Source: Candidatus Odinarchaeota archaeon (GTDB taxonomy: Archaea > Asgardarchaeota > Odinarchaeia > Odinarchaeales > Odinarchaeaceae). From it: 32,000 nucleotides of DNA. Both the position numbers and the translations under genes were made by a program. The DNA lies in the NCBI GenBank assembly GCA_038826135.1, contig JAWBON010000004.1:1-32000 (forward strand). Direction: 5' to 3'. Position 1 is the stretch's first letter, and each line of letters opens with the position of its first letter. The notes beneath the pieces are model-generated. The model made no database searches. It saw only the letters and a program-made list of their open reading frames with translations, and was not told the origin of the DNA. Shown here one piece after another: positions 1-8,626 of this stretch.

Positions 1-407
1 GAAGCTAAGGCTACTATGAATGTTACTATTGTGATGATTAACGGGATTGAGAGACTGGTTAAAAGTGTGTATAATCCGGATAAACCGTAAACTACCCATA
101 GACTGTAGATTGAGAACCCTGTTGATACAAGAATTATCAATAGTAGAACACCAGCAGCTCCAGCAGCCCATGCTCTGGCTCCCCAGAGACCGACGGCTAT
201 GCCGATAGCTATTAAGCCGTACACAATTTGAATATAAGCGTTGCTGCTTAAGGATGTGAGCGCTGCGATAACTTCGGGCGGTAGACCTGGGATTGAAATA
301 GCTAGTATAGAGGTGGCGCCGACGATTATGAGAAGTATACCGACTATCCCTATGAGAACCGATATTATTTTAGCTCCTGCAAATGAACCTTCAGGCATAT
401 TTACCAT
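1..407 (-). CDS. Multi-pass membrane protein, 3' end outside the window
   Basis: Manual translation from ATG at 407: MVNMPEGSFAGAKIISVLIGIVGILLIIVGATSILAISIPGLPPEVIAALTSLSSNAYIQIVYGLIAIGIAVGLWGARAWAAGAAGVLLLIILVSTG...; open to position 1, about four hydrophobic helices. Not in the ORF track because it is truncated. Confidence 0.8.
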   Translation of the reverse strand, partial: MVNMPEGSFAGAKIISVLIGIVGILLIIVGATSILAISIPGLPPEVIAALTSLSSNAYIQIVYGLIAIGIAVGLWGARAWAAGAAGVLLLIILVSTGFSIYSLWVVYGLSGLYTLLTSLSIPLIITIVTFIVALA

Positions 408-429
408 CTTTTAGTTTAATTTTTTATAT

Positions 430-472
430 CTGATGCGGGGAGGTGGATGGGAATCCGCCAGCACTGCATCAG
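430..472. other. GC-rich intergenic stem-loop (candidate structured RNA element)
   Basis: CTGATGC (430-436) pairs with GCATCAG (466-472); inner stem GGTGGAT/ATCCGCC closes a GGGA (GNRA-type) loop on the + strand; flanks are very AT-rich. Confidence 0.5.
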
Positions 473-582
473 GCTTTTAAAAGCTTGTATTAGTATATAT
501 TACCTGTTGATATAAATAGTTTATTATATGCTTGTTACCGTGATTAAAATTATTTAATAGTGTTAAATTTGCGATTAGTTGA

Positions 583-1275
583 TCATCCTTCACTGGTATT
601 TTCTTTCTCCCCATGTGTTTTACTGATGTTTTTTAAAGCAGCTAGTTTACTGTCTAATGCTTCAACCATTTTACTCAGCTCGCTTAATTTATCCTGCATA
701 TCCTTTATTAAAGATGTGTTCGGTATTATTTTATCTTCGATTTGTTTGTTTAAACCGTCAAGCCTGCTGTCGAAAACTGTTGAAGCCTTATCCACCTGGG
801 TTTTTATCTTCCGATCTAGTTCGTTTATCATTTCCTGTTGGTTAACTTCTATTTTTGATAGACCTGTTACCTTTTCTAGCATTGTGTCTAGCCGATTTGA
901 TAATTCAACTGTTAAAGCAGCGTTCATATCTATTATTTTCTCCATTTCTTCATGGAATGTTTTGAAACGTGAATCCATGTTATCTGTTAAAACAGCGTTT
1001 ATTGTTTTCTCAAGATTTCTAACAGTGTTCTCCGAGTTATTATATAATTCGTCTAATCGATTTTTTAGATAGTCTTGAGTTTCAGCTATTTTGCTGAAAT
1101 TTCCTTCCAGGTTTTCATTATATTTTTCAATAATTTGATTAAGCTCGTCTTTAACATTTCCAATTACTTTTTCAAACTCTTCTTTTAAAAGAGTTTTAAA
1201 ATTTTCTAATAAATCGTTTATTATAGATGTTAAATCTTCTGATATTTTCTCTGTAAAACTGTGTTTATCAGTCAA
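583..1275 (-). CDS. All-helical coiled-coil protein of unknown function
   Basis: 230 aa, L/I/E/K/D/N-rich amphipathic pattern, no TM segment; TTG start preceded by AGGTGAATTAA. Confidence 0.8.
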   Translation of the reverse strand: MTDKHSFTEKISEDLTSIINDLLENFKTLLKEEFEKVIGNVKDELNQIIEKYNENLEGNFSKIAETQDYLKNRLDELYNNSENTVRNLEKTINAVLTDNMDSRFKTFHEEMEKIIDMNAALTVELSNRLDTMLEKVTGLSKIEVNQQEMINELDRKIKTQVDKASTVFDSRLDGLNKQIEDKIIPNTSLIKDMQDKLSELSKMVEALDSKLAALKNISKTHGEKENTSEG

Positions 1276-1420
1276 TTAATTCACCTTTAAGCGAGTTTGA
1301 ATTTAACAATTTTTTGTATTAAGTGTTTAATTAATCTTGCTGTAATATTCTCGAAGAGGTTTCAAAACTTAAATTTACTCTAATTTTAAACGCGCATATT
1401 GTATAGGAGACAGGTTGATT

Positions 1421-2128
1421 TTATTTAATAACGGTTTTTGACATTGTTAGGATAAATGTGCAATCAGGTTCGTGTTTGGAGAGATTGGATTTATGAATTA
1501 CGCTTGTTTGGGTTGCTAGAGTATCCTCTAAAAGTTTCGAATAATATTTTTCATGAACTACGCATATTAGCGGTGAAAACTCTGTTGCTATATTTTTAAA
1601 AACGCACGAGTAAATTTTTATCTCTATATAGTTGTCATATGTTTTTATATCGTGCGGTATGTTTTCCCCGTTAAGATCCGCGTCGATAATGGATGCTAGT
1701 TCACTTACCGAGTTTACTTTAATATTATGTTTTTTTAATTCATATATTTTTTCAACTGCCATTTGAATACCTATCTCGCTTAGTAACTGTTCTAAATCAA
1801 GTTTGCTGTTAGATTTCAAATTTGAGATTATATAGGATAAGAGTAGATCATATTTTCTTGGAGGGTAGTTTATGTCAAATGATTTTAGAATCTGATATGT
1901 TTTAGGAGGTCTCCCCCTGTCCTTAGATTCTGAGAATTTTTGTTCAGCGATTATTCCTTGAGAGGCCAGTTCATCTATTATGTTTTTAATAGCGGTGTAG
2001 CTTGCACCTGTTTTCTGCATGATTTTGGGAATTGTTCTATCCCGATTATTGGATATACAGTTTAATATTTGAACGGTTAACTCCCATTTTGAAAATAGGT
2101 AGGATGCGTTTCTCGTATCTAATCTCAT
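1421..2128 (-). CDS. Winged-HTH transcriptional regulator with C-terminal V4R-like ligand/metal domain
   Basis: N-terminal HTH followed by GRPPKTY wing motif; C-terminal C(VF)...(I)C(VVH)...DC pattern typical of V4R/methanogen-output-type domains. Confidence 0.75.
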   Translation of the reverse strand: MRLDTRNASYLFSKWELTVQILNCISNNRDRTIPKIMQKTGASYTAIKNIIDELASQGIIAEQKFSESKDRGRPPKTYQILKSFDINYPPRKYDLLLSYIISNLKSNSKLDLEQLLSEIGIQMAVEKIYELKKHNIKVNSVSELASIIDADLNGENIPHDIKTYDNYIEIKIYSCVFKNIATEFSPLICVVHEKYYSKLLEDTLATQTSVIHKSNLSKHEPDCTFILTMSKTVIK

Positions 2129-2208
2129 TTAAATCATATCCTGTTGTAGGGATAAGTACGCTACCTAGTATTTATATATTTTTATATAGAAAAATATTTA
2201 ATTATAGT

Positions 2209-2874
2209 TTACGAACTGATAGTCTCTATATTAGCATGCCTAGCCTTAATCTCCTCTTCCGTTAAATTTAATCTCTCAATTAAGGTTGCTATAACCCCTT
2301 CAAGAAACATCATCAGCGTTAATTCGAATAAGGAACCTAGAGGACTTAAAGGCGCGTGTATTCCAGTAAGCTGCCGTGCATCCCATTTTATCGTTTCAAT
2401 CTTAGTTCCTTCTAAAACAGGAGTCTTCTCAGCTTCAGCATCCTTTGTTCTACCTTTTACAACCACTAATATATCAGCTAGTTTAGCTAGCGGGGATTCA
2501 GCGTTACTTGATATACAGATAACTCTTGTCCCGATTCTTTTAGCGATTGAAGCGGTGTCAACTGTGAAATCGGTTTTCCCGGAGCCGGATATAGCGATCA
2601 CACAGTCTCTTTTAGAAGCGCTTGGAACAATTGTTTCCCCTAATATGACCACGTCAAACCCTAAATGGTAAAGTCTCATAGCGAAGGCTTTAGCCATTAA
2701 ACCGGTTCTCCCAGTTCCCGCTACGAATATTCTACCACCTTTAGCTTTCGTATATATTATTTCATTAACCATTCTCTCAATCTGAGTATTTTCTAAATCT
2801 TTAATATTATTTTCAATAATCTTTAGAAATGATGAGATCGCTTTCTTAGTGGTTGAAGTTTCTTCAGCAGGCAA
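2209..2874 (-). CDS. hxlB: 6-phospho-3-hexuloisomerase (SIS domain)
   Basis: RIFVAGTGRTGLMAKAFAMRLYHLG, ISGSGKT, PLGSLFE and RHANIE motifs; TTG start after AGGTGTATTAA. Confidence 0.88.
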   Translation of the reverse strand: MPAEETSTTKKAISSFLKIIENNIKDLENTQIERMVNEIIYTKAKGGRIFVAGTGRTGLMAKAFAMRLYHLGFDVVILGETIVPSASKRDCVIAISGSGKTDFTVDTASIAKRIGTRVICISSNAESPLAKLADILVVVKGRTKDAEAEKTPVLEGTKIETIKWDARQLTGIHAPLSPLGSLFELTLMMFLEGVIATLIERLNLTEEEIKARHANIETISS

Positions 2875-2935
2875 TTAATACACCTCACTGTTTTATCTAC
2901 ACGCATAAAACTAAATAATTCTAGTATATAAAAAT

Positions 2936-3634
2936 TCATTGACCACGCTTAGACAATGATATTTTACCGTCAACAACTTCGAAAACCCTGTTCGCGAATT
3001 TAAGAAGATTCTCATCATGGGTTACAACAACTATTGTTGTTTTATCATTCGAGTTAATTTTTTTAAGCAAGTTCATTATCTCTAATCCTGTTTTAGAGTC
3101 AAGGTTACCTGTAGGCTCATCTGCGAATAATAATTTAGGTTTTGTAATTAAAGCTCTGGCTATAGCTGTCCGCTGCTGTTCACCACCTGAAAGCTGTTTA
3201 GGTAAATGATCTTTTCTATCAACCATGTCAACTTCACGTAGCACTGAGATCGCTAACTCCTCTATTTTCTTAGATTTCATATCAGTAGGCCATAGAGGGG
3301 AGGAGACATTCTCGATCACTGTTAAATCTGGTATAAGATTAAAATCCTGGAAGATGAAGCCTATTTTTTCTCTCCTGATCTTTGGAAATATTCGCTCATC
3401 AAGCTCTCTCGTGTCAGAGCCGTCTAAGATTACTCTGCCGTTTGTAGGCTGGTCTAAACCACTTAAAACATTTAATAGAGTTGTTTTACCGCTTCCACTA
3501 GGCCCGAAAAAGCAGATGCGTTCACCCTCGTATATTTCCAAGTTTACTTTAACCAAGGCTTTAACTATTTCCCGTCCACGCCGGTATTCTTTGGAAACGT
3601 TTTCCGCAATTATAATAGGAACTTTCTGCGACAT
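2936..3634 (-). CDS. ABC transporter ATP-binding protein, LolD/MacB type
   Basis: Walker A GPSGSGKT, signature LSGGEQQR, Walker B LLFADEPTGNLD, H-loop VTHD; ATG at 3634 preferred over GTG at 3643. Confidence 0.93.
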   Translation of the reverse strand: MSQKVPIIIAENVSKEYRRGREIVKALVKVNLEIYEGERICFFGPSGSGKTTLLNVLSGLDQPTNGRVILDGSDTRELDERIFPKIRREKIGFIFQDFNLIPDLTVIENVSSPLWPTDMKSKKIEELAISVLREVDMVDRKDHLPKQLSGGEQQRTAIARALITKPKLLFADEPTGNLDSKTGLEIMNLLKKINSNDKTTIVVVTHDENLLKFANRVFEVVDGKISLSKRGQ

Positions 3635-3644
3635 TTCTATCACT

Positions 3645-4145
3645 TTAAGCTTTTAACGCTACTATAGGTCTTACTTTAAGAGTTCTCCAGTAAGCTAAAA
3701 TTATACCCGGTACCTGAGCCCCTATCACCACTAATAATGCTATAGCTAAAGCTGGACCGGAGAAGACGAATTGCCTTAATATGTCTTCAAAATATGTACT
3801 CACTCCAAGAATATGAATATCTATCTCTAATGTTAGTATGTATCCTAAAAGGGATACAAAGAGTATTTCACCTATAAGTAAAAGCAGGATATTCGAGTTA
3901 CCCCACCCTATGCATTTCAAAGTCGCAATCTGACCTTTCCTAAACTGGGATAATATAAAACCGTATACGGTTGCTATGATAAGACCGCCTAAAATACCCA
4001 GCACAACCAGGAGGCTGTTACCAAGCTGTATTGTAAAAGCCACCCACCATGATAGAATACAGTAGAATAACACTGCTAATACAAATCTTTTTTTAACACG
4101 TGTTGACATGAGAAGCGATTTCTTAAGTATTCTAAAGTTCCCCAT
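3645..4145 (-). CDS. Minimal FtsX-like ABC permease
   Basis: RKGQIATLKCIGW...ILLLLIGEILFVSLLG and terminal VRPIVALK are FtsX/MacB permease motifs; abuts the ATPase gene. Confidence 0.8.
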   Translation of the reverse strand: MGNFRILKKSLLMSTRVKKRFVLAVLFYCILSWWVAFTIQLGNSLLVVLGILGGLIIATVYGFILSQFRKGQIATLKCIGWGNSNILLLLIGEILFVSLLGYILTLEIDIHILGVSTYFEDILRQFVFSGPALAIALLVVIGAQVPGIILAYWRTLKVRPIVALKA

Positions 4146-4268
4146 ATTCTATCAATCCGTTAATGCTTTAATAATTATATATTAGAACATACAATATATG
4201 AGAATATAAAACTATTTTAAATCAGTAACTTATATTATTGTAGACTATAAGCTCAGGGTGTTTATAAA

Positions 4269-5402
4269 TTGGCTACCGAGGAAAAAATCGATGAAAGATT
4301 GTCTCTTCTAAGAGAGAGCTTATTCAATTTTTACACTACAATATTTTCTAAAATAGTTCTTAAATACGGCGGTGAGGCAGCCCAGCTTCTTTCAAAAGAG
4401 AAGGATGATGTGCTTAAGAAGATTTTAATTCAGATAAAGGCGGAGGAGGATACTAGCGGTAAAGAGAGTATTCAAAAATTTTATGAAAAATATATGCCTT
4501 TATTCGGCTTCAAGGTTGATGTTAAAAATTTAAGTGAAGATGTGATAAGCGTTAAAGTCACTAAATGCCCTATAATGGATATTGGCGGTAAAGTTTCCCC
4601 TAACCCGTTATGCCGTCTTATCTGTTTACCCGGCTCAAAGGTTATCGCCGATGTTTTCAACCCCGGTTTCACAATAGACATACTGGAAAGCAAATGGGAG
4701 GGAGATGACTCTTGCAAAATACATGTGAAACAGCCCCCGCAGATGATGAGTGTGGAGGAAGTTTTAGATAAAATCACTGATTTAAAACCTTATAACTGTC
4801 CTTATAGAAATATTGACACGCCGTGCGTTTTCTGCGAGGAAGTGGAGTGTGAGAAATGCAATTATGAAGAGTACAGTTTAGCTAACGGTTTAGCTAAGAA
4901 GTGTATTAACTCATCTGTTCTCTCTTTGAATTTACCTGTAAAAGATGAATTAGACACTTATGTTATTCGAAAGCTTACACGTGGATTCGGTGAGGAAGGG
5001 GTGTTTAGAGTGATGTCTAAACCAGAGCAGGGCTATCATTTATCATTCTTCTTTATGTCGAAAACAGGGGAGAAGCGGGATAAAGTGAAAACGGTTATGC
5101 TCGCATTTCTAGACAATATTAAAGGAGTTCTTGCTGAAGGCCGTGTTGTCATAAATAACTGGGTTGATAAAAAGAGGGGGGAATTGGTAAAAACATTTAA
5201 AGAGGAGGGAAAGATTCCGACCAAGATAACCAGAATTATCGAATGCCCTTACTGTTCCACTAAGATAAGATTCACTATGGATTCAACATACTTTGAAAGC
5301 GTAGAAAACTATCCTGTCCCGTTTTCAATACAGCACGGTGATCACAGCTTCAAAGTCTATTTAGACGAGGATTTAAACGTGGTGAAGGTGGATAAAACAT
5401 AA
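4269..5402 (+). CDS. Multidomain protein: V4R-like N-terminus, Cys cluster, ARPC4 (Arp2/3 subunit 4)-like domain, C-terminal CxxC...HxxH domain
   Basis: aa ~212-310 (CINSSVLSLNLPVKDELDTYVIRKLTR...FRVMSKPEQGYHLSFFF...MLAFLDNIKGVLAEGRVVINNW) aligns by eye with eukaryotic ARPC4 as recalled ([27 protein letters not shown]...LRRKPVEGYDISFLI...[20 protein letters not shown]). N-terminus has KCP...LC..IC...DSC. Confidence 0.75.
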   Translation: MATEEKIDERLSLLRESLFNFYTTIFSKIVLKYGGEAAQLLSKEKDDVLKKILIQIKAEEDTSGKESIQKFYEKYMPLFGFKVDVKNLSEDVISVKVTKCPIMDIGGKVSPNPLCRLICLPGSKVIADVFNPGFTIDILESKWEGDDSCKIHVKQPPQMMSVEEVLDKITDLKPYNCPYRNIDTPCVFCEEVECEKCNYEEYSLANGLAKKCINSSVLSLNLPVKDELDTYVIRKLTRGFGEEGVFRVMSKPEQGYHLSFFFMSKTGEKRDKVKTVMLAFLDNIKGVLAEGRVVINNWVDKKRGELVKTFKEEGKIPTKITRIIECPYCSTKIRFTMDSTYFESVENYPVPFSIQHGDHSFKVYLDEDLNVVKVDKT

Positions 5403-5442
5403 CATTAATTTTAAACATATCCTCGTCAACATTTTAGAATTA

Positions 5443-6345
5443 TTATAAGAGTAGACTATTAGCAGCTTCAACCATGTTAACAAGTTTAGCGTAAGCACTC
5501 TCAGGGGATAAAACTCTAAGCCCGCAGTCAGGGTGAACGAGAAAACGATGGGAGCCTATTATGGAAGCGGCTTTCTCTAAAATCTGCTTAATCGAGTTAA
5601 CAGTTTCAACAGTATTATTTTGAGTATTAACGCATCCAACTCCTAGAATCTTACTATGCCTATCTAAGTCACGTTTACTAATAACTGTAAAATTATCAGG
5701 GGAGGCTGCGAATTCAAGACTTAAAACATCCACCCCCTGTATGGAGATTACTTTACTGAACACTTTCTTTATATTCCCACACACATGTAACCCGACAGGG
5801 ATTTTAATATTCTCGGTGATTATTTTTATAGCAATCTCCCCTAACTCAATAGGCGCGCCTACAGAGTAAAATGGTTCATCTATTTGTAGAAAAACAGCAC
5901 CGCTCTTTAATAGAATTTCAACCTCTCTTTTAAGAGCTTCACCTAAGTCAACATATAGTTTCTGATCTAAAAACCCTTTATAAGGCGATGATTTATCAAT
6001 CTTAGAGGATGCTATTAACGTCACCGGCCCTGTTATAATAGCCTTAATAAAAGTACCCTCTTTTAAAAGACTTTTAGCGTATATTAGATCTTGAAGTATA
6101 GGCGACTCTTTAGGCGGTGTTATTTTATCCGTTATCTTACACCGATTATCTTTAACTGTGAAGCCGGGTATGTGATCAGTAAAATATGTAACCATATCCT
6201 TCCTAGTCTGACCGTCACTTAACAGCTCCACACCAGCTTTTAACTGTTGCACCACAGCGTTATTAACCGCATCTAAACCTGTTAAATTGTTTACAGGATA
6301 GCTTCCAATAACTGTTTTTAGCAGAGGTTTTAATTCATTTAACAT
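5443..6345 (-). CDS. metE: Methionine synthase, archaeal short (core MetE) type
   Basis: 300 aa single barrel; LQIDEP, LHVC, HPDCGLR, AYAKLVNMV motifs with Zn ligands His-x-Cys...Cys. Confidence 0.85.
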   Translation of the reverse strand: MLNELKPLLKTVIGSYPVNNLTGLDAVNNAVVQQLKAGVELLSDGQTRKDMVTYFTDHIPGFTVKDNRCKITDKITPPKESPILQDLIYAKSLLKEGTFIKAIITGPVTLIASSKIDKSSPYKGFLDQKLYVDLGEALKREVEILLKSGAVFLQIDEPFYSVGAPIELGEIAIKIITENIKIPVGLHVCGNIKKVFSKVISIQGVDVLSLEFAASPDNFTVISKRDLDRHSKILGVGCVNTQNNTVETVNSIKQILEKAASIIGSHRFLVHPDCGLRVLSPESAYAKLVNMVEAANSLLL

Positions 6346-6379
6346 ATTAAATTCCTTTTAACAATCATACTATATAATA

Positions 6380-7207
6380 TTAAGTGAGAACCATAAGTAT
6401 AGAGATTAACGCTAAAACTATGCTGAATATTATTTTAAGTTTTCTCTGAGGCAGATTTAATGCCAGACGGGTTCCAATCTGTGAACCGACTATCAACCCG
6501 ATTATTATAGGGATCGCTAAAGAAAAACTGATTAACCCGTAAAACGCGTAACCTGCAGTGGCGGATATAACTGTAAAAATAATCATTAGAAAACTGGTTC
6601 CTACAGCGAATATCATAGGGATTCCGCATATTAGATTCAAAAATGGAACCTTAACAGTCCCGCCAGCCACACCTATTAACCCCACAGTTAAACCTATAAC
6701 AAACGAGCCGATAATAGTTAACGGAATGTTGATAACAGCGGTTGCTTTTTCACTCTTATAATTATATTCACGCAACCAGAGATATCTTTTTAAAACCGTA
6801 TTCCGAGTTTTACAACCGTCATCGGTTAAGTTATTCTTAGTACGAGTAGACCGTGCCATATATACAGCTACTATAATAATAGCCGCTACAAATATATATG
6901 TTAAAATAACTGTGGGTAGTAAAACAGAAAGATGAGTTGCTAAAAACGCTCCAGGAACCGCCCCCGCTTCCATTAACAGCCCTAACTTAAAATCCACAAC
7001 CTTATTCTTAAAGTAAACGATAAAAGAGGATGAAGCCATAAAAAAAGAGCTGAAAATCATTGTGGCAATAGCTATATGAATATCTAAACCCAGAAAAATA
7101 ACTAGTATTGGAATAAACAGTGAGTTACCGCCTATCCCCACCATTGAAGATATTAAGCCTATTACAACCGCGGTTAGAAGAAGGAACGCGATTAAAAGCA
7201 AATCCAT
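6380..7207 (-). CDS. TauE/SafE-family sulfite exporter-like membrane protein
   Basis: Two repeats with G-rich motifs (SSMVGIGGNSLFIP; GLIGVAGGTVKVP), AVGTS, about 8 TM helices. Confidence 0.85.
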   Translation of the reverse strand: MDLLLIAFLLLTAVVIGLISSMVGIGGNSLFIPILVIFLGLDIHIAIATMIFSSFFMASSSFIVYFKNKVVDFKLGLLMEAGAVPGAFLATHLSVLLPTVILTYIFVAAIIIVAVYMARSTRTKNNLTDDGCKTRNTVLKRYLWLREYNYKSEKATAVINIPLTIIGSFVIGLTVGLIGVAGGTVKVPFLNLICGIPMIFAVGTSFLMIIFTVISATAGYAFYGLISFSLAIPIIIGLIVGSQIGTRLALNLPQRKLKIIFSIVLALISILMVLT

Positions 7208-7276
7208 GGTTAAAACTGAAAAACATCAGTATAAAAGCATTATTAAATTAAAAACTATTCAAACGGTTAATTAAAT

Positions 7277-8311
7277 ATGAGAGAGACTGTGAAGAAATTG
7301 TTTGAAGAAGGCAAAACCGATATTATACCTCTTCAAATAGAGGCGGGTGACCCTTTAACTGAAAATATTTACAGTGACATCATAACTGTTTCTGGTAGAA
7401 TTAGCAGATTCGAATATTTTTACAGGGACGGTGGGCCGTTTAAAAGAGCCTTGAAGCGTTCAGAATGGGCTGAAAAAATAAATATTAACAGTTATCAATG
7501 GCCTTCTGAGAGTGAGCTTTTACCAGATTTTGATAAAAAAATATCCGAGTTTATGGATCTGTTAGCTGAAACAGGTAAGTTTAGAATGCTGAAAATATTA
7601 GGCCCGACTGAAACAGCTGAAGCGTTCTGCACCGTTAAGACTCCGAACCATCATTATTCTAAAGATAGATTATCTCACAACTTCGATTACTCATATTTAT
7701 GTTGGGCTAATTTTCAAGCTGCTGAGGAAATCCATAACCGATTAACCGAGTACATATTGTACCTGTTAGAAAACTCTAACATGATTCGTTTATTCGATTC
7801 TGTGAGAATAGCTGACGACGTGTTTGACTATCACGGTTACCTTTACCCTCCGGAATTTATAAGTAAAGTATGGAGACTAAACCATAAAAAAATCAGTTCA
7901 ACTATTAAGAATCTAGGCGTAACCGCTGTTTTACATACAGACGGTGATCCCTCGCGAGAGATAGATTTCATAGAGTCAAATTATAACGGTCTCCATCCAC
8001 TTGACATGATCTCTAAGAACAACTATAGTGAATTATTAGACTGGTTAAATTTAATAGAAAAACTTATCAGTGGTAGGAGAATAGTGGTCTTCACAGGTTT
8101 ACCGATAAATTTCTTATATGGTAGTGAGGAGCAATTCACGGTTTTAAAAAAGTTTATAGTAGAGGATTTGCCGAGGCTTAGAACCATCAGGTTTATTTTA
8201 AGCACAACTCATAGACCCTACAGTACAGTAAATATTCGATCTGAAATTATAAAAAACCGGTATAATGAGATTAAAAAAATAAGAGATATTATTTTAGGTT
8301 TTACCCATTAA
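7277..8311 (+). CDS. Uroporphyrinogen decarboxylase (URO-D/MtaA)-superfamily protein, divergent
   Basis: [24 protein letters not shown] and GLHPLD resemble URO-D-like methyltransferase family motifs. Confidence 0.65.
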   Translation: MRETVKKLFEEGKTDIIPLQIEAGDPLTENIYSDIITVSGRISRFEYFYRDGGPFKRALKRSEWAEKININSYQWPSESELLPDFDKKISEFMDLLAETGKFRMLKILGPTETAEAFCTVKTPNHHYSKDRLSHNFDYSYLCWANFQAAEEIHNRLTEYILYLLENSNMIRLFDSVRIADDVFDYHGYLYPPEFISKVWRLNHKKISSTIKNLGVTAVLHTDGDPSREIDFIESNYNGLHPLDMISKNNYSELLDWLNLIEKLISGRRIVVFTGLPINFLYGSEEQFTVLKKFIVEDLPRLRTIRFILSTTHRPYSTVNIRSEIIKNRYNEIKKIRDIILGFTH

Positions 8312-8626
8312 AACCTTTATAGGGATACTCTGCGATTCCCCTGATGGGAGTACTCTTGTAACCATGATCGGCAGTATTAAACTGTTAAGCTCCTCCTCAG
8401 CTATTTGTATAGGGTCTAATTTACCCTGATAGTCTATAAGTATCGGAGCGCCCATAGATATTTGCAACGCTCTTGCACCGATTATCCGACTCCTCTCATA
8501 TCTTGTAAGGACAGGCGGGCCTATGTTAATAACAAACTCTGTGTCACCGATCTTCTTTACTGAAGGTTTTTTAGCAGTTTTCCTCTTAGGGGTTGAAGCC
8601 CCTGTAACAGTGTTAGTATTCCTCAC
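8294..8626 (-). CDS. rpoK: DNA-directed RNA polymerase subunit K (Rpo6)
   Basis: [22 protein letters not shown]...[10 protein letters not shown]...[10 protein letters not shown]; the only canonical start is GTG overlapping the thermosome 3' end. Confidence 0.93.
   Translation of the reverse strand: MRNTNTVTGASTPKRKTAKKPSVKKIGDTEFVINIGPPVLTRYERSRIIGARALQISMGAPILIDYQGKLDPIQIAEEELNSLILPIMVTRVLPSGESQSIPIKVLMGKT

Noticed and set aside
430-585. Hairpin as a SECIS element for the TGA ending the 583-1275 gene
   Set aside because: No SECIS core motifs, the protein is not a redox family, and readthrough would add only a short AT-rich tail.
560-1072. 170-aa plus-strand ORF
   Set aside because: Antisense shadow of the coiled-coil gene; Ser/Phe/Ile-rich composition typical of the reverse complement of E/K-rich coding sequence.
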